NCBI GenBank assembly: GCA_030704615.1
Contig: CM060733.1
Location: forward strand, 52,018,001-52,082,000
Reading direction: 5' to 3'
Origin: Takakia lepidozioides
Taxonomy: Eukaryota; Plantae; Bryophyta
Length of the DNA stretch: 64,000 nt
The position numbers were made by a program, and so were the translations under genes. A model generated the notes under the pieces. The model was not told the origin of the DNA. It worked only from the letters and a program-made list of their open reading frames with translations, and did no database searches. Shown piece after piece: positions 1-13,596 of the stretch. Numbering within the stretch: the stretch's first letter is position 1; each line of letters begins with the position of its first letter.

Positions 1-536
1 GATTTTAGTTAATACTCTTCCTATGCTGTCCCATGAGGAAAGAAACATGCTTATGGATGATGACTAAAGTCTGCTTGACACTTTGGTGTATGAGGCTGCA
101 AAAATACTTTAATGTTTTGCTGACAGAAGCGTAATTAGAATTCTAAAGCCTACTGCTCAACACACAGCCCATCGAGGGGCCAATGAACGGTTGAAGGCAC
201 ATGTTGAAGGATTGAACCCAGGATCACCAGGTTATGCAAAGGCGCTCAAGTGCTCAAGAAGGGATCCGTCGGCAGGGCAACGCTCTTTCTCCTCAAGCTG
301 AAAAAAGAAATGTGCGGAGCTCTGTTTCTTTGTTTCTTTGGTGCTCTGATCGCTGCAGAAGGGCCACAAACTGTTGGCCAGTTTGTCTCGGGGGATTCGA
401 TTCTACTCTGACGTCGTCTCTCTGTCTGGCTGCCACTCCAGTAAATTTTTTACTGCTTTGGGGATGTTGCTCGAAGCATATTGACTTTCATCACGCTCTG
501 CCTGTCTTTGGCCGGTTGTTCGGTTTGTTTCTCAAG

Positions 537-3500
537 ATGGAATCGGGTATGAGTAGAATAGATGAAGATTTGGAAGTCAAGGCCTTACGCCGCGTCATCA
601 GTGCCTACCTTGAGTAAGGCCTTCTTTTCTTCCCTATTTTCTGTTTCCGTTCATAGCTTAAACGTCATTTGGTTTCGTCCTTTGGTTGTGTCTTTCTCGA
701 TTGCATTTCAGCTCGCGAATTCAATCAGAGCATCATACCTCTTAATGTTAATCAGTCGAGTCCCTCACACGCTTTGAACTTTGAACTGATTTGAAACTAG
801 TCGTTTTCCTGCAATAATGGCAATGGTCACAGAACACATCTGGTAGTTTGTGACAGGGAGGAGTCGTAGGGCACGTTGAGGGCTCGTGCCCCTTGGAAAA
901 TTCTCATTGGCTCACCTAATAGCTCGTAAAGCATTTTTTAGTTTTTCGTCTGACGATCGGTTTTACTGTAGGTCACAAAGTGGTGCATAGATTGAGGCTA
1001 GCGACTCTTCTCGTTCTTGTTTCACGTACCGCGTAAAGTAAGGCTTACATCATATGATCAAATTTTTGTTGCTTGTAGTAGAGAGCACAATGTCAGCAAG
1101 GCATTCTTTGTTCGGGCTGAGCTGCAGATTTGGGACCATATCCTAGGCCACTGTCTGTCCAATCTAGAGGCTCTTGTTCCTGGTGTATAATCCCGTAAAA
1201 GCTGCCTCAGCTCTATGACAACAGAAAGTCAAGGGATTGAGTATAACAGCTTCTCTAAGCTTGCATTTGTGCTCCAAAGAGGGAAAGGAGAGTGTCTATT
1301 TTCGTAGTTCATGCCGATGCTTACTGTGTGGGATGTGTAGTTATCCATCCGCAGCAGAGGAAGACATAAGGCGATGGGAGCGCTCCTATTCAAAGCTTCA
1401 TTCATCTCACAAGGTCAGTGTCAGAATTTTGGTTGACATGTTTCCACGATCCAGGTAGGTGCAGGTGCATTGTGAAGTACTGTTTACACTGGATTGTGAT
1501 CTCCCTCAATTATGCTGCCGGGCTGGACAGGCATTGCTTCCTCATTTACCAAGAAAGTATCAGGAGCTTAGGAGGTAATTGTGCCCTCCAATCCCCTCCG
1601 CCTCCCTTCCCCTCTCCTGGAGAAATGTCTTCTCGGCCTTCCAAATGTGTTTTTCCTGCGTTCCTTTTTGCTCTCTCCACTGACCTCCTGTCTAACATTC
1701 CCCATCAGTCACGTTTTTGGTTTAAATTGTAAGTTCATCCATCATGGCAACTCCATCAAAGACACCTGGCAGTTGATCCTCAGCAAATGTGCCTCAAAAG
1801 CAACCCTGATCATTTGTGGCACTCTGAAATGCCAGTCATACCTTCATGGCTGATTTCCTGAGAGAAAAACTCAACGGGGGAATTGAGATGGGTGCAGATG
1901 CGTTGCAGCAAACTCATACTTCCTTATTAACATGCTTCAGGTACAGCTGGTCTAACCACCTGTTGCTTTTATGTGAATGGTACTGTTGTATGACCTTTGT
2001 GGAAGCAACATCCTTGCATGACTTTCATCTGCAATAAATTGGAACCACTGCCGATCTGGGGTTTAAGGTTTTGGAACACATTACTGACTTGTCCAGAGGC
2101 CCCTTTCCTTCCTTTGTTTCCCTGTTCGACCTCCCACTGTCTCTCTCCTGTTCATTAGGTGTATTATACCACTTTCACTGGACACAACTGCGGTGGAACC
2201 AACTTTGCAGTGGCTGGTTGACGCAGTAGACCTACTTGCCAAGATATAATTGAATGTGAGCAAGAACTGAGTTTGTTCTAGTTTGTACAGATCTTACTTT
2301 GTATGATGGTATTTGTTGCTGCCAACTCCTGTTCCCCTACATGTTCAGGCATTTGATCCTCCATTCGACATGGGGGATGGTGGAGGATGTGTGGCCACAG
2401 AGGATGCAGGCATCATTGAAAGTCATTCCCACACTAAGCTGGGGGTGCCTACTCCAAGGACAAGTCTTGAGAGGTACTTTCCTTGTAAAGGATTGTTGTG
2501 AAGGGGAAGATTTGGGGTTGGAATGCTTTCTTTGCGGGTTTGTCAAATTTGAGGGTAGCTTGAAGCCTAGGGAATGATAACTCAATGTGGGGCAGGCAAT
2601 GGAAGTCCATTTAGGTGTTCATAAAGCCTTTCAAGCAAATCACCATTCAAGGCCCATGTGAAATGCACTGCTATCAAATATGGGGCTTTTCCAGCTTTGA
2701 AAAGGAGTGTAAATGCTTTGATATTTGACTCGATTAAAAATGCATGATGACAATATGTGCAATCTTGAAAGGCAGTGGTAACTTAGCTGATATCATCACT
2801 TAGCCTTGTAGTGCATAGGGACCTGTGTCACGATGGTGAAACTTGTCAATCACCATGATAGCCTCAGGTATTGGCACCACCCTAATCCAAAAATTCAGGA
2901 CTAAACTCCAGGATCGTCTCATGCTCAACTCGCCACATTATCCTCAGTACAATATATGCCGTCACAAACTTGTTTGGGGAAGCAAGTTTAATTCCAGGGA
3001 AGTTGATGACCCCTACCAGCCACAAAGAGAAGCTATTGACATGATCACTGATTCTGGATGAGGTATTCAGAAGATTAATTACTGGTGATCAGGGCAGACC
3101 GTCTTCAGGAGCATTTGATCGTAATTTAAGCTTGTCTACTCAGGGATGAAGACAGGACCACTGCGAAGTCCTTGCCCCAGAATCCCAAGAAGGATGCAGC
3201 TCTTGCATCTCCCAATGGCAATGCACATCAAGCAGTTGAGTGCAGTGGGCAAGGGAGAAATTCAGGACCTCAGCACTCGGGTATCATGAAGTATCCACTT
3301 GAGAATGGTATTTCAGCTATGCAGTCCAAGGATTCATCCACCAAAGTAGCACAAGCTGAGGAGGGAGATGATGCTATGGAAAGAAGGTACAGTCGGGGAA
3401 AAGAAAATTCTGGCCTCGATGGCTCCTGCAGAGAAGGCTTTTGTAATGACCAAACAACAGAGCCTGATACACAAGCTGTCAGATCAAAAGTTAAAGTGAG

Positions 3501-6500
3501 CACATGTTGATTAAGTATTCTTTCTTTTGTTTTGTGTATATGCAGGGTGACCTCAGTTTGCTGGCAGTGCTGAGTACTCCCCTCCCCCCCCCCCCCCGTA
3601 TTCCTCTCCCTCAGTTCTTCACATCCTTGACGAGGGCTTTGCCCAGCCTCCGAGCAGTTTCTCATGCTCTAGGGATGAGATAGGAAGAGGAATACGGCAC
3701 CTCATGAGGATAGGATTTGACCAATATGTATCACCTGAGAATGAGACAGGACATACATATTTTCTTGTGCCCTACATACTAGGAGATCAGAGGAAGATAC
3801 TGGTGGTTTTTGGAGAATTCCTTGTCCTTGCCCAAGGCCTTTATGTACAAGGTCCCAAAGTGCTCAGCAACTTACCTACGTGATGCACTTCGTTCCCCTA
3901 TTGTCTTGTTCTGTATGAAATTACTCCACTGCTTCTGAAATCTGTGTAAGTCTACTTGCCCAGCAGGCATATGGTGCAGTGGATTTGAATCATCCTTCAT
4001 ACCAGCTTCATGTTCCCTCTGCTGATGTTGACAAGGTATCTTGAACCCCTCCATAGTTCTCTTCAATGCAGTATACTGTGAAATGGGCACCGCAGAGTAC
4101 TATCTGTTAGTCAGGGGTGTAAAAATAAGCATCTGGGTCAATCTTCCAGCCAAATTTGTCTTGGATTTGTCATATTTCTCTTGAAATATGTCACTGTATG
4201 GCCAGGTGCCTCCAAACCAGTCCTGCAATTGAATTTCTCTCCATCATGCTCTCTCTTGAAAGATGTCACTGTCCAAATTGGTCACTTCAATGAGTTTCTG
4301 AGCAAGAATCATCTGTTTATTGTCTACAGATTTAGGTCTGCCATATATCACTTCATCTCTTCATCTCCCATGCCTGGGAGTCTGAAGTTTCTATGAGCGT
4401 GAGGTCATATGTCTCAAAATGAATTGGTGAGTCCGTTTGCTGTAATGCAGGGTACTAGTTAATGGCCAAACTGGACTAAATTGTATTGCTCCAGGTGCGA
4501 TGTATAATCCGCAACATTGTTCGTGATTGGGGTGAAGAGGTTTGTTCTTTGACTGCATCCCTTGATGGACATATTGTATGGCATGCCTGAACACCTATCT
4601 TCCATGTTTGTTTTCTTGGTAGCTCTTGGAAACCAACAGTGGCGGAGGAGGGGTGACGGAAACATGGACTAAAATCTAGCGTGATACTGTTTGTGTCTTG
4701 TGCTGAATATAACAGGAAGAGGTCTCTTTTGCTTAAACTGACATACTTCAGTAGTAGGACTGTTGAATGTCCTGGTAGAGGAAAAGAGTGATGTTCTTGT
4801 ACATGAACGAAAGGAATCTGGGATGTTAGGCAGATTTAAAGTTCCAGGAGCCTTTGACCATCACCCTCCCATGTTGCAGGGTGTATTTGAGCGTGAGCAA
4901 TGCTACACGCCTATATTGCATGAGCTCCACAACTGTTTCCCACTTCGAAACGAGGAGAGGTGATGAAATGAATTTCCTGAGAGCACTTGGCTTCTCTCTG
5001 TGCCTAGTTGCTTAAGAGGTTCACATTTCTGGTAGAGGGTTCTTCACTTGGTCACTGTTTGTGGATGAGCTGTTTCTGGAAGTCTCTTCAAGAAGGATTT
5101 GATATTCTAGATGGGCACTGCTGTGGCAGGGGACCGTTACAGTACCTTCTATTTGCCGGCCAGTAATTAATTTTGTGGGGAGCCTTACTGTTTCAATTTT
5201 CAAGATCTTGTAATTGATTTTCGATCTCGTCTTTCTCTTGGGGATGATTGAGACTTGGCAGGCCACCTAGCTGCTTGGTTCCAGGGGCAGGGCTTGGCCG
5301 TCTTGCCTGTGAAATTTCACGACTTGGTATGTACATCCTGGTGACCACTGCAAGTGAAGGACAGAGTTTAGATATGGAACATGCTAGTGCTTTTATCCAT
5401 CAATGTCTTCTAATAGGCTGTGTTTGTGTTGCGTCACCTTAACCCAATCCCCTCCCCCCCTCTTTACCTGGATGCAGGTTTTGTCGCCCAAGGGAATGAA
5501 TTTTCATACTACATGCTCATGTGCTCAAGCTTCATTCTCAATCAGTGAGTTGATTTATCTCTTGTTGCTTGCTTGTTTCCTTGACTGGCTTTGTGGTTAG
5601 ATTTGTTTGACATTTGGGTGCATCCTCATGTGTTGTGAATTTCTTCTCTTGTTGTGGATGTTCCTAGTGTCTGCAAGTTTTTCTTTTTGAAAGACAACCT
5701 TTGGCACATGTAAAGCGGGTCCAGGTAGCGGGAATTGTTACAATGCAAGTTCATTCCAATGCCACATGTATATGTATGGGCAGGGTTGCTGTACGGGTTT
5801 GAGCTTTGGAGATATGGGATGGAGCAGGACACAGGGGCCGCATGAATGGACTTTGCACCCTTGGATCCATAGTAATTGCAACAGTTTAACAAATGATGAT
5901 CAACTGCGATCTGTTCGCTTCCCAGATCTTCATCCAGCAAGGTCAGTGGGGTCTCCTTCCTGGTTTTGTGAGGCAACATTCCCTCATTAAATGCAGACCA
6001 TTTCCATGGAAGATGTCAACGAGTTCTTTGTATAGGGATGTGAGTTCTATGAGTATGAAAGAGTTAATCAATGCCTGGAGGTGATGGTGGGGCTCTTACC
6101 TGCTGCTTACCTGCTTGATGCCAAATCCTCGTCCTTGAACTAAGTTCCCAATAGGCAATTGTGAGTGTTGCAGCAGCAAATCTTTCATAAGCCGGAAAGT
6201 TTTGTAGCAGTGCAGGAATAACAGAGGGTTTCTCAATGTGCGCGGGTGACTTTGTGGAAGTTTACAGTCACCCAAGTCAGGCAGGTACATCCATATCCAT
6301 ATTTTCGCCTGTTTTTCAATGCCAATTTTTCAGTGCCGATTTGTGAGCTTCTTATTTGTTACGTATGTATGGATGAGACAGCTACCTCATAATAGCTGCT
6401 TGCTGGATGGAGATGAATGTGGATTTGGATGTGAATGGATGTGGCAGGGGCATGGGATGCGGTTGTGACATGCTTCTTTCTTGACACTGCCCACAACGTG

Positions 6501-8128
6501 GTGGAGTACATTGAAGTTATCTCACGAGTCCTCAAGCATGGCGGAGTATGTGGTTGTATGTTACATAGTGGTACTATACTAGTCAAAGGGTCTCCTTTCT
6601 GTCTTATCCCAATCCCTTCCATAGTTTTCCACATGCATTATGTGTGGAACTTAGCTTTGTGGCTGCGTGGGTTTGCAGGTCTGGATAAACTTGGGCCCAC
6701 TGCTTTACCACTTTGCAGATGCACACAGTTGTTCTCAGGAAGAGGTGAGTTGGGGCTGTGCCCTGCTTGTGCCTTTCAACCCAATTACATGGCCAAAATC
6801 ACTAACACCAGTCTGAGGGCATGACTTCGGTAGGTTCTGATGAGGTGTCTGATCACGGATGTCAATCCCCTTCTCAATTTGGATGATGGAAAAATCAACC
6901 TTCCAAATTTTAAGACAGATATCATCCTACTTCTGTTTGCCAAAATGCAGGAACATCAATTCAATTGTCTGTGTGTTTTATGTGATAAGACAGGGAGAAA
7001 CTGTGAAAATTACTAAGCGCGGTCAATAGCGAGCTGTTTGATTCCAAAATAGGACCGTAAGTTGATAGAATACTTACTAGACAGTATTACTTCTAGTTAA
7101 AGCTTTCGTCTTTGAGCCCAAGGGATCTCCTTTGATTGTGGTGGAGAGTATTGGTAGCAATGGAAAAAGTAACACAACACTGGTTCTCTGATCATGCACA
7201 GGAGATGTCTGTGGAACTTAGTCTGGATGATGTGAAGAGGGTTGCCTCTCACTATGGCCTTGTGATAAAGGTATATTGGTCTCCCTAATTGCTACAAAGC
7301 AAGCATTGCATGGTGCAGTTGGGGATTTGAAATGGCACCCAGTTGTCTTCTTTTTGAAACAGTAGAGTGTTGTCTGGGAGCCCCTAGGTGGAAGTTTTGT
7401 TTCATCCTTGTTCCTCGACTTCCCCTCTGGAGGTTGTGCGGCTTGATAGACATGGTTGTGATACAACACAGACTTGTGATGAGTTTTTTAAATGGACAAT
7501 TTGGGTTGGGGATGGTGGGCAGAATGAGAGAATGATAGAGACAACGTATACTGCCAACTGCCGGTCCATGATGCAGGTATGCCCATGGTTTTGGTAGTAT
7601 AGGAGGACCGTGTCTCGTTTCGTTTCAGTTGCCAGTGTTTGGTGGGCTCCTCTTCATGGTAGAGACCACTGTTCATTTGTTGGTTACCCCTTTGCTGAAT
7701 TCCGTCATATCATGAAGACATACTACTGATCCTCAGGGCACTAGTTTTCCTCTCTGCCTAGATGTACTCTTGAGATACATGAGATGCATATTTGGAAACC
7801 CATTTCTTAGCACTAAGCTCAGCATTTGAGCAGGCCGCCGAGTGGTTGGGAGTACATACCTGTGCCTAATCAGGGTGATCCTTGGTTCAATCCTTCAACG
7901 CATTCCTTCAACCGTTCATTGGGCCCTCAAAGGCAGTAGGCTCTGCAAATTTGCTGGACGTTAAACATACTTAATTGTGTGTACTTATGCTGTCTGACTA
8001 ACTATATCTCATTCATGCAGAATCGTTACTTAGCTGCATTTTGGACAGTGGTGAAGGAAGGAACTCCAGCCCCCAATGATACGCATCCTCCAGTCGCCTC
8101 CAGCAATGATGGAAGCTTGAAAATCTAA
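537..8128 (+). CDS. N2227-like / carnosine N-methyltransferase (CARNMT1-like) gene, multi-exon, apparently intact
   Basis: GT-AG-bounded exons translate to family motifs: ATG537 MESG..KALRRVISAYL; ~1341-1413 YPSAAEEDIRRWERSY; ~1531-1574; ~1898-1940; ~2349-2472 AFDPPFD; ~3980-4034 QLHVPSADVDK; ~4495-4539 VRCIIRNIVRDWGEE; ~4880-4959 EREQCYTPI; ~5262-5326 LVPGAGLGRLA (SAM motif); ~5478-5545 QGNEFSYYM; HPWIHSNCN; FSMCAGDFVEVY; WDAVVTCFFLDTAHNVVEY; VWINLGPLLYHF; ELSLDDVK; last exon ends TAA 8126-8128. Exons in 3000-3500 are uncertain. Confidence 0.9.
7830..7970 (+). repeat. Possible tRNA-derived SINE remnant in the last intron
   Basis: A-box-like CCGCCGAGTGG (~7835) and B-box-like GGTTCAATCC (7884-7893); no clean cloverleaf visible. 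Confidence 0.25.
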
Positions 8129-8219
8129 GCTACTTTGCGTCACCATAGTCATTACAGGATACTGTACCCATCAAGGCACAAATGTTAGCCAATAAAGCAA
8201 TGAGTTGTCCAGTTACTGC

Positions 8220-8720
8220 TCACCGAGTCAGATGTGCAAGTGGGCAATGCCCTCGTGACCATGTATTGCAAATGCGGGAGTTTAATGGCGTGCCAAGTGT
8301 TTCAAGTGAAATGTTATATCATGGAATGCTCTAATTGCAGGAGTAGCTCAGCAAGGGCATGGTGAAGAGGCAGTTGAACTCTTTTGGCAAATGCAAAGAG
8401 AAGGCATACAGCCTAATGAGGTCACTTTCATTAGTATCCTCAATACATCCTCCAGCTTGGCAGCTCTGGGAGTGGGCAAGGAAGTTCATGCTCTCATCAG
8501 CAACTTGGGATTTGAGTCAGATGTCCGAGTGTGTAATGCCCTTATTGACATGTATGCCAAGTGTGGGAGTGTGGGAGATGCTCGAAGAGCCGTTGACACA
8601 ATGCCTCAAAGAGATGTGATCTCTTGGAATTCAATGATTGTAGGATATGCCCAGCATGGGCTAGGTAAAGGGGCCCTCCACCTCTTTGAAGAGATGCCGT
8701 TAGTTTTCAAATTAGATTGA
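8220..8720 (+). pseudogene. PLS-class pentatricopeptide repeat (PPR) gene fragment
   Basis: Motifs MQREGIQPNEVTFISIL, GFESDVRVCNALIDMYAKCG, DVISWNSMIVGYAQHG; upstream frameshifted ESDVQVGNALVTMYCKCG; truncated. Confidence 0.85.
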
Positions 8721-9208
8721 TGTAGATGAAGTTCTGGGGAGGAGGGGTTTGTTTTGAGGGCAAGACATCTTGTGATGCCATAAACGACAAGGAGTGTGTA
8801 GGTGATAGAATTACACCATACACTGAACATGCACACTATGATAATACTTTGTTTAGAAGTATTTGGGTCCTATGTTGATATGCATGGCTGAGATGCTCTG
8901 ATGTGAGAGGACATTATAGCAAGCCTTTTGCACTCCAAAACTAGTGCTGGTTTAGGGCACTTTCGGTGGCCTTGTTCAACTCTCAGTGTGCCAAAAGCTG
9001 GTGGGTCCTAGAAACCATATCACTCACCAGCTATGCTTCTGTGCCTGTGAAGTTTCTTTGACTTCAGAGTTCCAATGAAAGACAACCTGCTTGGTTTGCA
9101 GGACATTTAAAGATAAAGGAGTGGTGGGAGTTGCATTCACAACTATGACAGAGGTTTCCAGGGTCTGGGCCTTACACAAACCCATAGGTTCATGCTCTTG
9201 CCATATTC

Positions 9209-9654
9209 TCAACATTCAACACCTTCAAATAAAAGTGCTGTCTGAGGATTACTATGCCCCTGCTTAGACAATCCTGCAATCATCGCAGTCCAGGAGATAA
9301 CATTCCGTTTGGGCATTTTGTCAAACACTTGGCGCGCATCCTCCACCCTTCCGCACTTACAATACATGCTGACAAGGGTGTCCATGCCCACATCATCGAA
9401 ATTGGATTTGAGTCGAACCTCTTCTTAGGCTTCTTCTTTCCACAGCCCTGCAAGAGACGAGCACAGGCTTCGGAATACGCCCAGAAGCCTCGTTGCTCCA
9501 TCATGTCCAAAAGCTGCACTGCCTCCTGCAAATGTGAGCCCTTGAATAATGTGCGCACATCCCCGTTAGTTCTACAGATGTCCTGTTTGCTCTGTTCAGA
9601 ATTTGGTGTTGTTTTCCCTGCTCCATTGGAGAATTGGGAAGTGCCAAGATTCAT
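9209..9654 (-). pseudogene. PLS-class PPR gene fragment (N-terminal), frameshifted
   Basis: HLQEAVQLLDMMEQRG..ARLLQGCG, then in another frame DTLVSMYCKCGRVEDARQVFDKMPKRNVISWTAMIAG, then a stop. Confidence 0.8.
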
Positions 9655-10363
9655 AAACTTCTAAACTCCAATCTTCTAGACTTCCCAGGCAAGTTGATCC
9701 ATGTGGGCTTTTCTTGTTGTTCTAGTTTGTAACATGGGCTCTTGGAGCCTCTGTAAACATTATATAGTATCTTTGCTAGAATCAAGGTAGCCGGCTCCAG
9801 GAGGGGTTTACACAAGATAGTGGGCCCCGAGGTGCTCTCCTTGAACCGCCCTCCTCCCTCACCTTTTCTGCCCTTCCATGTTGGACTCTTCCAGGTCATT
9901 TCATCTCTCTAACTATGGCTAAAGGATTATTTTCTTAGCTGATTCAATTCTGAGACTTAGTTCTCAATGGTGTGCGGTTCATCGCTCTCTCCTCTACTCT
10001 CCCCTTGCGCCCCTTGACAGTTGGAGCAGATGAACTGAAAATGTCAAGTACAACAACCTACCATCTTAAGAATAGCTATCTAAGCTTGTTCTTTGCTCTC
10101 CACTAGTACTGCAAATGCAGCACTAAAGCAGGAGAAATTAAGCAAGAATCACATTGTGGGCAACACTAGCTGAAATTAGTGCAGTGAAGCAGCTTAGCAA
10201 ACCAACTATCAGCACCCTTACAATGCCAAATTCTAAGGCCATTTTGAGCTCACTAGACCTTGTTGTGGTGCAACATGAGCCCAGAGGCTGCAGACAAAGG
10301 GCAAAGTATCTCTCCTGTTCGCTCTCTGTCACAATGGAGTGGGAAACAGGGAAGATGTTGTAC

Positions 10364-11127
10364 CTCCAGGCATTACACCAGTACCTCCTGCAATACCAGC
10401 AGCTGTATTGGCCACCAAAGTACCATACAAATTAGGTGTGACCTGCAATCATGCACCTTTGACAGAGTGATTCCAGTGAAAGGAAAACAACAACCAAACC
10501 CTCAGCTCCCATGAGAGCATTAAAAAGGGTTAGGGTTTGAGCTATACGCTGGACTGGACGTACTTTTCTTTCTTTTCCACTCTCTGCTCTATCAAGCTGG
10601 ACTGACAGTACAACACAGCTATTTGTTACTTTCCTACAGGGATGTTGCGGTGTTAGAATGACCCTCCTGCTTTTGAATATGATGTATGGAGACAGATCCA
10701 CAGATCGACACAAGATTACCCATCTGGGCTTCCAGGCTGAAGATGATGCCTTAAGATTAGGAAGTAAGGTGAATGTGAGTAAGACTGCTTTTGGGCCAAG
10801 TATTATACTGGAAGAGTTCAATGCATGTTCTAAATTCTACAATTGCAGGGTTGATTGGAATCTTTAGGGAGGAGTTGACCAACTTAAAGCAGCTAATTGA
10901 TACCATCACAAGAACACTACACCTCATGTGACCAGACAGTATACTGTCATATGAGTGTGTACGTATCTGTGCACTTGAATTAAAAGGCGACAGGACTCCA
11001 GGAAGTGGCCATCGGCGAGCTTCATAATGTTGGGCTTGTGCACTGCTGTCACTGTCTTGGGGTTGTTGAGATATGCATACTCAAAAGCACATTTTGCGAT
11101 GTGTTCTCCACAGAACTTTGTTATCAC
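10364..11127 (-). pseudogene. NAD-dependent isocitrate dehydrogenase (regulatory subunit-like) pseudogene exons
   Basis: ~10987-11127 VITKFCGEHIAKCAFEYAYLNNPKTVTAVHKPNIMKLADGHFLESCR, and the exon ~10364-10442 VTPNLYGTLVANTAAGIAGGTGVMPGG. The intervening coding sequence is not found; possible further decayed pieces at ~11760-12010. Confidence 0.8.
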
Positions 11128-12234
11128 CTACGAAATTCCCCACTCAGACCCTTGCTCCTTTACAATCATAGTAGAATGTACAAATATGTATAGACAATCC
11201 ATTCACCTTCACTTGGTGTAACCCTTGAGGCATAAAAGCCCTGGAGAAAAAAGGGGGCAGAGGATGAGAGAGGAGAATGTACTCATAAGACTGCCGTAGC
11301 AGATGAGAGAGGAGAGAAATGAAATGATGAGAGAAAGAGGAAGGACTCATGTCCAGGTGCTTGCCAGTGTGACCACGAACCCCGCATGCAGCATATAGAG
11401 GAGTCAAAAGCAGGGATGTAGCATAAAAGACATAGAAGGGGCACGACATTCATCAATGCATTTCCTGTCAGGGGTAGAACTAGTTCTGGCCTCCAATGTT
11501 CCGAAAAAGGCCTTCACCAGAGAAATATTTTTGATAAGAAATATTGAGTTCTTTCTGTCTTTATTTCTCTTTGCTCTTCGAGCTTCCCAGAGCCATTATG
11601 AAGTACCATTTCTCTCTGAGGCGGCTACTGTTCTGCCATCAACTTGTTTTGAAATTTACTGTCCTGCCTTGTCACATCAAACTGATTTTTAGTCATTGTT
11701 GTTCTCCTTCCTTGTCCATCTCAAGGTTTCTGCCTTACAATTCCTCATAGGATGGAGGTTTTCTGACAATCAACACTCCTATTGAGCCACGCATTCATAC
11801 TGAGCTTCACCTCCAACTCATCCGCCAATTGTCCTAGTGTATGATCAAGATATGTGATAGAGGTCTCAATTCATTGAGTGATGACAACAATTGATCATGT
11901 ACTTGCTGCCGCCACTGTTTTCTCTGGAAGGTGTTGTACCCCTAAAGACTCTGCCCTACATGATGTAAGGGCCAAAATCAGCAGGGAATGGTGACTGCGT
12001 ACACCTTCTCCTTTGTAAATCCTTTGACTGGAATTGGAACAATACACTGAGATTGCACCACGATGGAGGAGATGAATATAGGCTGATATGTGCTGGGGCA
12101 ACTGCCCAGTCACAGGCAAAACCGAAGAGAAATTTTAGGTTAAGATCGTCATGATAGATGCGCCACAAAATTTGATCTCCTGAAGATCTTTAGCCTCCCT
12201 TCAAGCCAAGATGTACGTGTGCAGGCATACCTCT

Positions 12235-12257
12235 GAGAGAGAGAGAGAGAGAGAGAG
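12235..12257. repeat. (GA)n microsatellite
   Basis: Direct read. Confidence 0.9.
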
Positions 12258-12509
12258 ACATGCCTACTATGGAGATTTTACCTTTTAATTTGCAAGTATT
12301 GACTAGTTTCAGGTTTTGGCATTTGCAAACTCACTGTTCTAATGCCATCGTGACTTTGGTTCTAATGCGATTCACAACCGTGGACCCTTGATTAGCAGCA
12401 GGTATCTAGTACCATAGATGTATTGAAAGGGAGTTGACCTTTACTTATGTTGAATTGAATGTATATGCACAAATCAACAAATTGTTGAGCATCGTCTCTA
12501 ACATGTAAT

Positions 12510-13596
12510 TTATGAAACCTTCTTCACGATTACTTTCCTATCAGACTGTGTTAAGTACATTCGAATGTAGATCTCAGCGAGACCACAATTCAGAGCCAAG
12601 GAAAGAGGAAAGCTGTAAGAAAGAGCCTGTTGTCTATTTTTGAGGAAAGCGTATATAATAGAGGGCAATGGAAAGCGGCTGTACATCACTGAGTACCTGC
12701 AACACAGAAATCACAACAAACATCTTGAATCAGCCTAAATAACGTACACCATGATCCACATCCTCTGAACATCTGCAATTCATCAGGAAAAGTAGTTCCG
12801 TCACCAGCTTGCAAGATAGCACTTACCCAATAGCAGCAGAGCGCATCATCCACCTTCGGTGACTCTGAAAATTCTTGTTCCGAGCAGCATTGATGGAGAT
12901 AGCCAGAGCAATCAAGGTCCCAATCGACATGCATGGTGATATAGCTTGTACTAGAGGGCCCAACTCGGTAGCCTCTGTCATCGTTGTCCCTCCTGTCACA
13001 GCTAAGATGACGGTGCAGAGTGCAAATGTGTAGCCAAGTCGTTTGTGGATGACTGGGTGCTTGTTTCGGAACGATGTGTTGAACTGAAACGGCCCTATGG
13101 CTACGAACAACAGCGCTGCTAATGCGTGAATCTGCAGCCATAACCGCACCAAAAGGTTATATAAATCGATGAAAACCTCCCATAAATTTTGCAGTACTTC
13201 GCTTAGAGAGCCCTCCCTAGATATGCACAAATATGGAACATGTCAAGAATCAAAAGCCATGATTGTCTCCACATTAGCTGTTGAAGGATTCCAGGTTTAT
13301 AAGTGATTGATTAGAACTTCAGGAAATTACTCAATAATTCTGACAGACATGCATAGAGAAGAGGAAAAAATGTTTCAACGCACCTGCCATGTTCGGAGAT
13401 TGTGCAGAATATGGAGGCCAGCCAGATCGTACTTCCCTATGTTAGCATTGAATGTGAGATGCTTGTAAATCTCAAACTTGCCAGAAATGAAGGGCAGTGT
13501 GTAGAGTCCGAATGGCACCGAGAAAATGGTTACAAACCACCATGCTGTATTCCCCCACACTTCCATCCATGTTGACTTCTGAATCTCCCTCCCCAT
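12510..13596 (-). CDS. DUF2306-family predicted membrane protein, 3 exons, intact
   Basis: Exon 1 from ATG 13596 (MGREIQK..LRTWQ|GT); exon 2 ~13132-12827 (IHALAALL..GPFQF..HPVIHKRLG..HRRWMMRSAAIG|GT); exon 3 ~12696-12510 ends KKVS-TAA. Splice phases are consistent; the HxxxH(R/K)xxG and HRRWMxRS motifs are typical of DUF2306. Confidence 0.7.

Noticed and set aside
7830-7910. Functional tRNA gene
   Set aside because: A/B-box-like motifs only; no acceptor or anticodon stems could be formed.
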